The translations under genes and the position numbers were made by a program. A stretch of DNA of 64,000 nt from positions 4,712,001-4,776,000 of the forward strand of contig OX597826.1 in the NCBI GenBank assembly GCA_951406725.2. The letters are read 5' to 3'. The notes beneath the pieces were generated by a model. That model was not told the origin of the DNA, did not search any database, and worked only from the letters and a program-made list of their open reading frames with translations. Position 1 is the stretch's first letter. Every line of letters starts with the position of its first letter. This DNA comes from Octopus vulgaris (taxonomy: Eukaryota). This document shows, in pieces, positions 53,488-64,000 of the stretch.

Positions 53488-54637
53488 TTCACGATTGTCG
53501 TCATTATTATAAGCCACCCGTTCAACTCGGTGATGATCTTCATCATGGTTATATATATAAACACTGGAACGGTTATGCGTGTGCGTACATTTGTGTATGG
53601 ACATGGTCATGTTACTGTATGCGAGTGTATACATACATACACACATACATACATACATACATACATACATACATACATACATACATACATACATAATTAC
53701 ATATATACACACACACACATATATATATATATGTATATAATCCATTGGTTTATTTTCCTTTATTTCTCTTTATTATTCATTAAGTATCCATTGAGAAGAG
53801 TTCATTTATGTCAGCATCCGCACACTTTGCCCTTTCTTTTCATCTTATTGTTTGACCTCCTCCCCTTTCCATCACATTCCCTGACACTGAAGATCAAAAG
53901 TGGGTTCGTGAGGGTGGTGAGGACTGCTTTTTGGAGATCTTTTTCGCTTTTCTTTGTTCATTATCGTCATTATTATTATTATTACTACTACTACTACTAT
54001 TATTATTATTATTATTATTATTATTTTTTCGGATATCGTTCCTCTTTTGTTTTCATAGAAAGGACTTCCAAAAAACAAAAAAAAGACAAAAATAAAAAAA
54101 TAAATTGGAAAAAAAGTAAGTAAAAAGCAAAACGGAAAGCGAAAAAGTAAAACAAGAATAACAGATCATAAAAATAAAGCAACAATGACAAAAATAATCC
54201 AGCCCCCTCCGCCGTCTCACCCGCCCGCCCGCCACAAAGGCCTAAGTTGAATAAATTGTACGAGGGACCTTCGACATAAAAGCTTTGATGAAAGACACAG
54301 AAGGACCGCTTTAATGTAAACACAACACAATTTACTTAGGACCACGAGATCTTTGGACTGTTGAGTGCTATAACAGTTGAGGTAGTGCTAAAATGACAGC
54401 GGCAGCTGTAGTAGTAGCAGCAGCAGCAGCAGTAGCAGTAGTAGTAGCAGTAGTAGTAGTAGTTGTAGTAGTAGTAGTGTTGGTGGCTGTGGTGATGGGA
54501 TAGGTCAAGCTACTGTTTGTTGTTGGTGTTGTTGCTGTATTTGTCTTTGCTATGTTTTTTTGTCTGTTGCTCTTTGAAAAGTCTCACACCAAACCTGATC
54601 GAGATGTATTTTTCAATCGTAGCCCATCCCGTGGTTG

Positions 54638-54708
54638 TGTGGCTGTGTGGTAAGTAGCTTGCTTACCAACCACATGGTTATGGGTGCAGTCCCACTGCAT
54701 GGCACCTT
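54638..54708 (+). mobile_element. SINE family B head only
   Basis: gtggctgtgtggtaagtagcttgcttaccaaccacatggtt...cagtcccactgcatggcacctt. Confidence 0.88.
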
Positions 54709-55184
54709 AGAATAAGAATGAAGCAAACTAATTCTATAAAATAAACACAATGGATCGATTTGATCTATAAAATATCTCAATGTGATATACTACTAGTCTG
54801 ATCATAATATTATTCAATTAAAGAAGTAATAAAGTCTAATGAAAATATATAGAATTTTGCACTAACGAACACGATATCTCCGAGTAAAGAATCCTCGTTA
54901 TTTTTTTCCTTTATCCTTTTCTTCTAACAACATGGCCAGTTGTTGCGACTGACGTCTCTTCAGAGTAGAGTAATCCTAACCGTGTATTCAAGAGGTGGTA
55001 AAAATCATCTTTAGTTAGAACACCTTATCAAGGATGCACAGGATTCGTTGTCCTTTTTTTCTGAGAAGGAAGTTGTATTATTTAATGTTGTTGACCATGT
55101 CAATGATGCCCTTTGATCACAGCCGTTCCTTCCGAAATCCCTACATCGCTTTGTATGTTTAAGGCAACGTTCTCCAAATGTGTG

Positions 55185-55444
55185 TGGAGGCGTGCGGCTT
55201 AGTGGTTAGGGGGTCAGCACCGTGATCGTAAGATTGTGGTTTCGATTCCTGGACCGGGCGATGTGTTGTGTTCTTGAGCAAAACACTTCATTTCACATTG
55301 CCCCAGTCCACTCAGCTGGCAAAAATGAGTAACGCTGCGATGGACTGGCGTCCCGTTCAGCTGGGGAACACATACGCCATAGATACCGGGAAACCGAGCC
55401 CATGAGTCTGGCTAGGCTTGAAAAGGGTGCATGTAATTATTTAT
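55185..55444 (+). mobile_element. tRNA-derived SINE (family C head, alternative tail) with perfect 15-bp TSD
   Basis: TSD ttctccaaatgtgtg at 55170-55184 and 55445-55459; B-box ggtttcgattcc. Appears inserted into an older family E copy (~55085-55535, minus strand). Confidence 0.92.
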
Positions 55445-55872
55445 TTCTCCAAATGTGTGCTTGCAATTTTTAAGACCGTACGGTTATTTTGAGGCAGATA
55501 TTTGTTCATATTTCTTGCTGGTCAAGCGCCAACGTATTTGCTCCATCTTTTGAAGTGAGTAGGTAGGATACGTCTGCAACACGGTGCCTTTAATATTGAT
55601 TGGTTGTGATGTGTAAATGAAATGAAGTGACTTAAACGGAAATCGAAATTATATTTATAGCTGCATCGTCAGTATTCTCTCTTACAGCAATAATGATATA
55701 TAAAATGCACATCGATGGAAAATGGGGGAAAGTAAACAAATAAACAGTTACAGAAAAAATATGATACGAGTGAAAATAACGGAGAGCAAGTAGGAAATGA
55801 TATTTTATTTGTGGTATATGAGTTACACACTGACACACAGATACACATACATACATATGTGTGTGTGCGCGC

Positions 55873-55933
<61 letters not shown>

Positions 55934-55987
55934 GTTATAGATACATATACATATATGTATATATATATATATATATATGTATCTATA

Positions 55988-56018
<31 letters not shown>

Positions 56019-56275
56019 GTATGCATGTATGTATGTATGTATGTATGTATGTATGTATCTATATATATATATATGTATGTATCTATATATATATATATGT
56101 GTATGTATGTATATATATATGTATGCATGTATATATATATATATGTATGTATGTATATATATATATGTATGTATATATATATATGTATGTATGTATGTAT
56201 ATATATATATGTATGTATGTATATATATATATATGTATGTATGTATATATATATATATATGTATATATATGTATG

Positions 56276-56353
<78 letters not shown>
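55873..56353. repeat. Interrupted (TA)n/(TATG)n microsatellite
   Basis: Directly visible. Confidence 0.97.
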
Positions 56354-56355
<2 letters not shown>

Positions 56356-56837
56356 AGGGTACGTTTGTGTGTGAGCGTACATATATTTTAGGTGTTTACG
56401 TAGCGAACATAAAGAAAAAAATGGAAAGCAAATGGTAATATATTGAGAAGTTTTGATGCTGAAGCCATTAAAATCCATTTCATCAGTGATTCTTTATATT
56501 CCTAGGAAACCTTATTTGCAGTCGGTTCTGAATTATAGTCTTTGGGACTGATCGAGAAAGAATAAAAAAAGAACACCATGGATGTATCAGGATAGGCACA
56601 AACGCACAAAGACACACACACATACTTACGCATACTTACACAAATATACCCATGCACACGTTCAAAGGTATCCTTTCATTCAGATGTGTGTGTGTATGTG
56701 AGTGTGTGAGCGTGTGTGTGAGTGTGTGTACGGGCGTATGTGTGTCTGTATTAGTGTTAATGTGGAAATGGGTCCACGGTTTGTTTTATTGTATGTGTAC
56801 TTAAAACGAAAACTTATTTTAATTTCGGATAATCTCT

Positions 56838-56913
56838 CTTCTTCTTCTTCTTCTTCTTCTTCTTCTTCTTCTTCTTCTTCTTCTTCTTCTTCTTCTTCTT
56901 CTTCTTCTTCTTC
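56838..56913. repeat. (CTT)n microsatellite
   Basis: Directly visible. Confidence 0.97.
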
Positions 56914-57674
56914 CTTCTCCTCTCTTTCTCTTTACTCGGCTTATACGCACGTAAGCATACACACATTCTCACTCACATATAAGCACACACATACAAGCAC
57001 ACATATATTTGTATGTTAGCTTCTGTGCTTGGTGTGCCTGTATGTATTACGTACATGATGTGCTGATACGCAGACACACACATTCACACACATAATACTG
57101 TCTGTCTGTCTATTTGTATGTCCTATGTATATTTGCACTCATGTATGTATGCATGTATGTATTCTATCTACGGATGTGTACGTATATGCAGCTGTAAATG
57201 TATAAGGAGCTAGAATTAGGAAAATCAACGACCGAAAATGAATACCAATAAATAAATACTGGAAAGAGATTTTTAAAAATAAGAATAAAATAAAGCAGTG
57301 AAATATATTTCAATTATTGTATACTCAGGAGTTGAGTTTACATAATATATTTAAAATACAGGGGTAAATGTTACACGTCTGCTTCACTTATTGTTAGATA
57401 GGTATATATTTCTATGTTTATAACTGCGACACAGTGAAAAAAAAAATAATCAAAACAGTCAGATACTTAGGCCTTGACTTTCCAGTTCTCTTTATTTAAA
57501 ACGTAATTAATTTAGTTACGCAGAACTGGACATATTGCCAAAGGGACATTTCGCGTCTCTTCTAATGAAAAACAAGGAACAAACGTTGACTGCTTGCCCT
57601 GTCTATTACACCTATGTGTCTTCGTGTGTGCGTGCTTATGTGTGTCTGTCTGATCCGCTCCCATTACACACACG

Positions 57675-57713
<39 letters not shown>

Positions 57714-57982
57714 TCACACACATACGTTGCTCATGTTGCTATGTGTTGCTTATTTTGTAGGCCATTATTTTGTGTATAGGTGTATATAATAAGGTCATGT
57801 TTCTTTATATAGCTGTTAATAAACGCTCGTAGTAAACGGAAAGTATGTGTGTGCGTGAATATATTTCTTTCAAAGAACGTGTATATGAACATATGACGGT
57901 ATACTCGTACTAATATTGCTATACATATGTGTGTATAGTAACTATGTGCAGTATATGTCCACATATACTTACAGAGAATATA

Positions 57983-58036
57983 TTCAATGGCGGTGCCCCA
58001 GCATGACCACAGCTCGTGAACTGAAACTAGATAAAA
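57983..58036 (+). mobile_element. SINE family B 3' tail fragment
   Basis: ggcggtgccccagcatgaccacagct...actgaaactagataaaa. Confidence 0.7.
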
Positions 58037-58371
58037 TGAAATTACAAACACATACACGCACAATATATTAGACGTGTGTATATTTATTTAAGTGCAGATA
58101 TGTATATATTAACTTAGTGTTCATACACACACCTATGAAGTGTGTCGCGGGTGAGCTATGAAAGTTAATGATAGTCCTATATTGTCATGCTGTTTATTAA
58201 AGCCTACAATTCTCATTACCTATTTCTGAACGCGTCATACTCTACACCGTGTCATCACGGCGCCTACCACCTGTGTGCAATGTGCCACAGAGTTGACGAT
58301 ATGCCAAGGATCTATGCGTTATATCTGTCCGATGTATTGTGGCAGGATTTTGTTGGGGAAAAGCGTATTTT

Positions 58372-58558
58372 TTTTTACTCTTTTGCTGGTTTCAGGCATT
58401 TGATTGCGGCCATGCTTGAGCACCGCCTGGGAGTGTTTATAGCCGAACAAATCGACCCCGGGATTGAATTCTTAAGCCTCAGTACTAATTCCAACGTTCC
58501 CTTTTGCCAAACTGCTAAGTTACAGGGACGGGAACACACCAACACCGGTTGCCAAACA

Positions 58559-58613
<55 letters not shown>

Positions 58614-58982
58614 ATACATATATGTACATACTTACATATATATATATATATACATATATATATGTATACATCTATGTACATACTTACATATATATATATG
58701 TATATACATATGCATATATGGGTACAGGACGCGACAGAAACAAATGGAAAATAGGACAAGTAACACAAAGAACGACCCTTCATCAGTTGTCGGCTGTCTA
58801 TCTACTCCTCATTTCGAGCATCGAACGACAATATAAGTCTTCGGAGACTGTTGCTCCCATACGTACCAAATCCACTCACAAGGCTTTGTTCGACCCGGTA
58901 CTACAGTAAAAGACACTTACCCAAGTGCCACGCAGTGGAACTGAACCCGGAACTATGCGGTTGGGAAGCCACGCTTGCGCCT
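58372..58982 (-). mobile_element. SINE family B interrupted by a microsatellite and a nested element
   Basis: 3' half at 58372-58560 and 5' half at 58862-58982. Confidence 0.88.
58721..58861 (-). mobile_element. Penelope-like/retrozyme-like fragment related to 4222-4471
   Basis: Shares the terminal gtacaggac. The minus strand reads gctcgaaat...gagta...caactgatgaagggtcgttctttgtgttacttgtcct. Confidence 0.5.
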
Positions 58983-59379
58983 ACATGAGGAAAACATCTA
59001 ACTGCTTTGTTGCTTCATTCTCAGCTTTGAAGAACAAGTACAAACCTTCGTTCGCTTATCTTTATGAATGAATCACACTCCATACTACGCATCACTGAGA
59101 CATCTTTTCCCTCTTTATTTGATGACATTTGGAAGTTATCTTAGACCGAAATTTTTGCAAAGTGTTAGTCTCCTTTGTGATATATCGCCGCCAAATTTCA
59201 GTTTTTTGAATGGATATGTCTCTCAACTAAAGAAAATAATATCAATTTTAAAGACATAATTTTCCTATCCAAGATCTTTGAAGACACGTTCATTGTTTAC
59301 AAAAGACCTCTATTTCCTGAATAATCCAGAAAAGTAAATATATTCATTTGATAGGTGCTGCTCTGGGCTCACGTGAATT

Positions 59380-59380
<1 letters not shown>

Positions 59381-59433
<53 letters not shown>

Positions 59434-59494
59434 CACCACCACCACCATCATCACTAACCACCACCACCACCTCCAATAATAATAATAATAATAA
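59381..59494. repeat. Compound (ACT)n/(ACC)n/(AAT)n
   Basis: Directly visible. Confidence 0.95.
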
Positions 59495-59690
59495 TCATTT
59501 GTACTGTAGACACAAGGTCTGAAATTTTGAGGAGAGGTTATGTCGATTATGTTGACCCCAGTACACAACTAGTTATTTTATCGAACCCGAAGGGATGAAA
59601 GGCAAAATGTCAACCTCGCCAGAATTTGAACTCAGAACGTAAACACGGACAAAATGCCACTAAACTTTTGGCTCGGCGTGCCAAAGATTT
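59495..59690 (-). mobile_element. SINE family A
   Basis: cccgaagggatgaaaggcaaaatgtcaacctcgccagaatttgaactcagaacgtaaa. Confidence 0.85.
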
Positions 59691-60074
59691 TAATAGGATT
59701 TATTATCATCGCTGTTATCAGTATTCCACAAATACAGCGAAAATATATTGAAGCAGAATTCAGTTAGGGGTCTCTCAGATTACACATAATGGAAATATAC
59801 GGAATTCAATGTTTACTTATTGGAAATTTCGAAATTTCATTTCTTACATTCGGATTATTCACTGGTATAGTTTACACTGAAAAAAAAAAAAGAAAAAAGT
59901 TCTTTTGCATTTTATATTTTCGCATTTTACGATATAACGTGATTCTAAGAAACATAATTCTTTCAACAAAGAAATACAATTCTTTCCCATTTTCTTTTCT
60001 CTTCTTACTTGTCCATGAAGGTCTTACATACGTGTAGGTTCTTATAGGCATAGAAATATTTTCATGTAGGGGGG

Positions 60075-60114
<40 letters not shown>

Positions 60115-60153
60115 CATCATATACATATATACATACATATATATCTATATCTA

Positions 60154-60204
<51 letters not shown>

Positions 60205-60952
60205 ATATATATATATATATATATACATACATATACATATATATCTATATCTATTTATCTATCTATCTATCTATCTATCTCTATATATATAGATATATTC
60301 CTTTCTATCTATATATATTCACTTGTATTTGATTTGCATTTTCTCTCTCTATCCCCCCCCCCCCGTCATCACTCTCTCTGTGTCCCACAGATTAGGAATA
60401 CACACACACACACACACACACATGCACTCAAGTCTTGGATAGTTGGCAAGATAGGTAGATAGATATAAATATATCCATTTTCTAGCTTTCATTTTGTGTA
60501 TGTTTGTGTGTGTATATGCGTGTGTGTGTGTGTGTGTGTACACGCGCCCGCGCACTCTGACATATTCACACAGAGAACGCTATACCTGTGTACGTGAGAG
60601 TGAAGAAAGAGAGAAGGAGAGAAAGAGAAAGAAAGTAAAAGGAGCGATTCATATTTGCTCAAATCCGATATGATATTTATTTATTTTGCTTTCTACATTA
60701 TTCCCATTAAATTCAACATGGCCATTTCTTTACATAAATAAAACGTAAATTCTATAAAGTTGAACCTCCTTATCATTATTTTGAGGCTGTCACTTGTGTT
60801 TAATATGGAATCGTCAAACTGGCGTATTAAAATAGAAATTTAGGTCATTGCTGCGGAAAAATAATACTAGAAATAACAATATTATTATTATTATTATTAT
60901 AATTATTATTAATATATATTTCCAAATACTACTACAAATACTACGAATACTT

Positions 60953-61011
<59 letters not shown>

Positions 61012-61740
61012 GGATGATGATGATGATAATAATAATATAAAATAAATGTAAAATCTTCAAAACAAAATGGCGTACTTTCTTATAATAACCCTTTGCCCTC
61101 TTTCTTGAAAACTGTATAATAATTCATTATAATTGGCATTTGACCGACAGCATACACTTTTAACGAGAGCATTTCTACATGTCTGTGCGTCTACTTAGCT
61201 TATCCTAGCTCATTTCTTCGGAAACATACACATTGCCATAACAATATTTTGTGTTCTTTTATATCACTGCTTCGTTAAAGACTTCAATTTCTTCTTAATG
61301 AACTCGTATGAGAAACCACCCCAAAGTCAAGAATAAATAAAAATAACTACATACGAACATAGGCAAATGGATAAATAAAAATAACAATAATAACAAAAAC
61401 TATACATCACATTTATAGAATGACGTGGCACAGTACATTTCGCATGATATATGTTTTTTGTTTTTTTAAATTCAATATATTTTCTTCTTTACCTCGCGTC
61501 TTCTTTCTCTATTACGCCTCTCTATGCATTTCTCTTTCTCCCTCTCTCTCTCTCTCTTTCTCTCTCACTGTCTCCCTCTGAGTGTGTACGTGTGTGTGTA
61601 TGTATATATATGCTTGCTTACTGTTTGACTAGACTCTTTCTATACACTGCTTTCTCCAGTTCTCACTGTACACAAACACACAGAGATATTTTCTCCCCGC
61701 CTTCTCTTTCTCTCTATTCCTCTTTCTCCGTCTCTCTCTT

Positions 61741-61773
<33 letters not shown>

Positions 61774-62125
61774 CCCTTTCTCAAACACACAAACTTGCAC
61801 ATGCAATATATAAGGAGCCGAATCTTTGCAACTACTTACAGAAATCGACAGGGTAAATCTTGGAATAACCTTTTGGAACGTATCAGATTCTAATAAATAA
61901 TACATTTCTCTGTTTGTTGTATCGAATGCTTGCTTCCTGTTGCTTGCATGCACAAATATGTGTGACGTGTTTGCTACGAAAGCATGTGGATTCAGTATCA
62001 GTCTAATTGCTTGGCACATTGGACATTTCGGTTCTATAATAACCACGGCCTTACGAACATACTTTGAATGAATGTGCTACGAAAAAACAATAGGAAACAA
62101 TAGTCCATTTGTATACACGCACACA

Positions 62126-62194
<69 letters not shown>

Positions 62195-62339
62195 GCACAC
62201 GCCTTCGGTCGCACACACAATCATATTGTTTTATTATATGTTATAAATTTTAAGCAATTTATATAACAGAAGAATACCTGAAGAAGAGTCAAGTAATTCA
62301 AGTTTATTATACATATTATGTTTGGTTTGGGTATATACA

Positions 62340-62652
62340 CGCTTGGTTTATTGTTTAGGACATTCACCTCATGGTCATAAGATCGTGAGTTCGATACTAG
62401 GCAATATGTTATGTCCTTGAGCAAAACACTTTATGTCATGTTGCTCCAGTCTACTCACCGGTCAAAAATGAACAGTACCTGTATTTTAAAGAGCCACTTG
62501 ACACATCTTTTGTCAGGTCGAATATTCCTGAGAAATACTTCAGTTTACACGTGACTCAGGAGTGCTCAGTTACTTGCACATTCATTTCACGAGCAGGGAG
62601 TTGATTTGATTGCATAGATTGTAACGCTCGTCGTTGTAACCGACGGAATGCC
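62340..62652 (+). mobile_element. SINE family C, diverged
   Basis: gtgagttcgatac...tgtccttgagcaaaacact...tacctgtattt...atttcacgagcagg...gtaaccgacgga. Confidence 0.85.
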
Positions 62653-62700
62653 AGTAAAGTAAGCAATATACGAAAAACAGTGTATTTACATACATATACA

Positions 62701-63113
62701 TTATATATATAATATAAATTGGACATAAGTGATTGGTGCATTCTTTCTTGTCTTGAGGTTCACAGCCAAACGGTTGGGTGGATTCGCGTGAAAAATGGCA
62801 CACGTGTGGAGACAGGTGCAGAGATTGGAATGCAGTTTGGATTTTTTTCCTAACCCCCAAACTTACCGAGAAAATTGATTAAAACATTTTCTAATGCAAT
62901 TTCCCTCTTTCTTCTACCATTAAAACAACCAGTTGCTTAGAAGCTGTTTTCTGTCGGGTGGGGTCAGGAGATTTTCATATAGCTGGAGGCTTCAATCGAA
63001 ACGGGGGACCCGAAGTGATAAGGATGAGAAACGGTGTTATAGATTATGCCTAACCGAAAACGATCACAGCCACAAAATCTAAACAAGCCGGGTGAAACCG
63101 GGCTTAGCTCCTA

Positions 63114-63114
<1 letters not shown>
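62701..63114 (+). mobile_element. Probable non-autonomous Helitron
   Basis: 3' hairpin aagccgggt-gaa-accgggctt (63085-63105) followed by CTAG|T (63111-63115). The TA-rich 5' start is approximate. Confidence 0.65.
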
Positions 63115-63159
<45 letters not shown>

Positions 63160-64000
63160 GGTGTGTGTAGAGGAGGTGTTGAAATAATTTGCTCACCACA
63201 TAGTCATTTTAGAACCATAAGCTTGAGATAATTGAGCAAGCAAAATGCTCATCGTAGAAATTGACGAAGCATTTATTTATACTTTATTTGTGTATATAAA
63301 ACTCTCATAAATTATTTGCATATTTAAATATATTTACGTGTTTTTTCCGCTTGATAGAATTTTATAGCTAAGTAATTTCCATATAAATTTCTGAAAAATT
63401 TACTTTTTCATGTAAAAAGACATATTCAACAGTTAATAACCATAAGTAAAATGTACACACATGTATATACCTCAACACAGCCAATCATATTCTACGATAC
63501 ACTTCATGCGTACACATCAAAACCTATTTTGAAATAAGGAAGACATACTTTGTGCATCATACAAAGATGTACACGCATTCAGACTCACACATACACACAA
63601 GCACACATCCACTTACACTCAGACACAAACATATATTTCTGTGTAGGTGTATGCATATGTTTCACTGAATTTTTGTCTTGGGAGTGAAGGGGTATCAATG
63701 TATATAATAAAGAGGATATTGATTTTAAGTATCTTGAAGAGAATAAATATGAAATATTAAAAAGTAATTCATTACAACAGAAACCCATGCAAAAAATATA
63801 TATAAACATGCAGGCACACACTCACACAATCACACAGTAACCGACTGTTAACACACACGCTCAAGAATTACGCAAGTGTGCGTTGTATATATGCATGTGT
63901 GTGTACACACACACACACACACAAAATCACTGGACAGAATTACGTATAAAACTTGCTGCTATTTTCCTAACTGCTTGAATGATATTCTCCATATTTTAGT

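Noticed and set aside
58187-58909. 240-aa ORF
   Set aside because: Runs through a SINE, a microsatellite and a nested repeat; chance open frame.

Overview
AT-rich animal genomic DNA with no intact protein-coding gene that I can support. It is dense in microsatellites and short interspersed repeats. The repeat content looks like an octopod cephalopod (Octopus), which is an inference from pattern recognition, not a database result. The window contains many copies of several tRNA-like-head SINE families (labelled A-E here), some with target-site duplications (TSDs). It also holds an internally deleted mariner with both TIRs (43080-43651), a decayed DD37D/maT-like transposase (48603-49393), a mini-mariner MITE, an RTE LINE 3' fragment, a probable non-autonomous Helitron and several tandem duplications. 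Nearly all ORF-track entries are microsatellite translations. The most interesting signal is four short non-coding elements (about 4.2, 8.9, 45.9 and 58.7 kb) with hammerhead-ribozyme-like motifs. Two show inverted partial duplications and all abut (TA)n tracts, consistent with Penelope-like or retrozyme-like retroelements. A 150-bp TIR element carrying telomere-like TTAGGG repeats is also notable.
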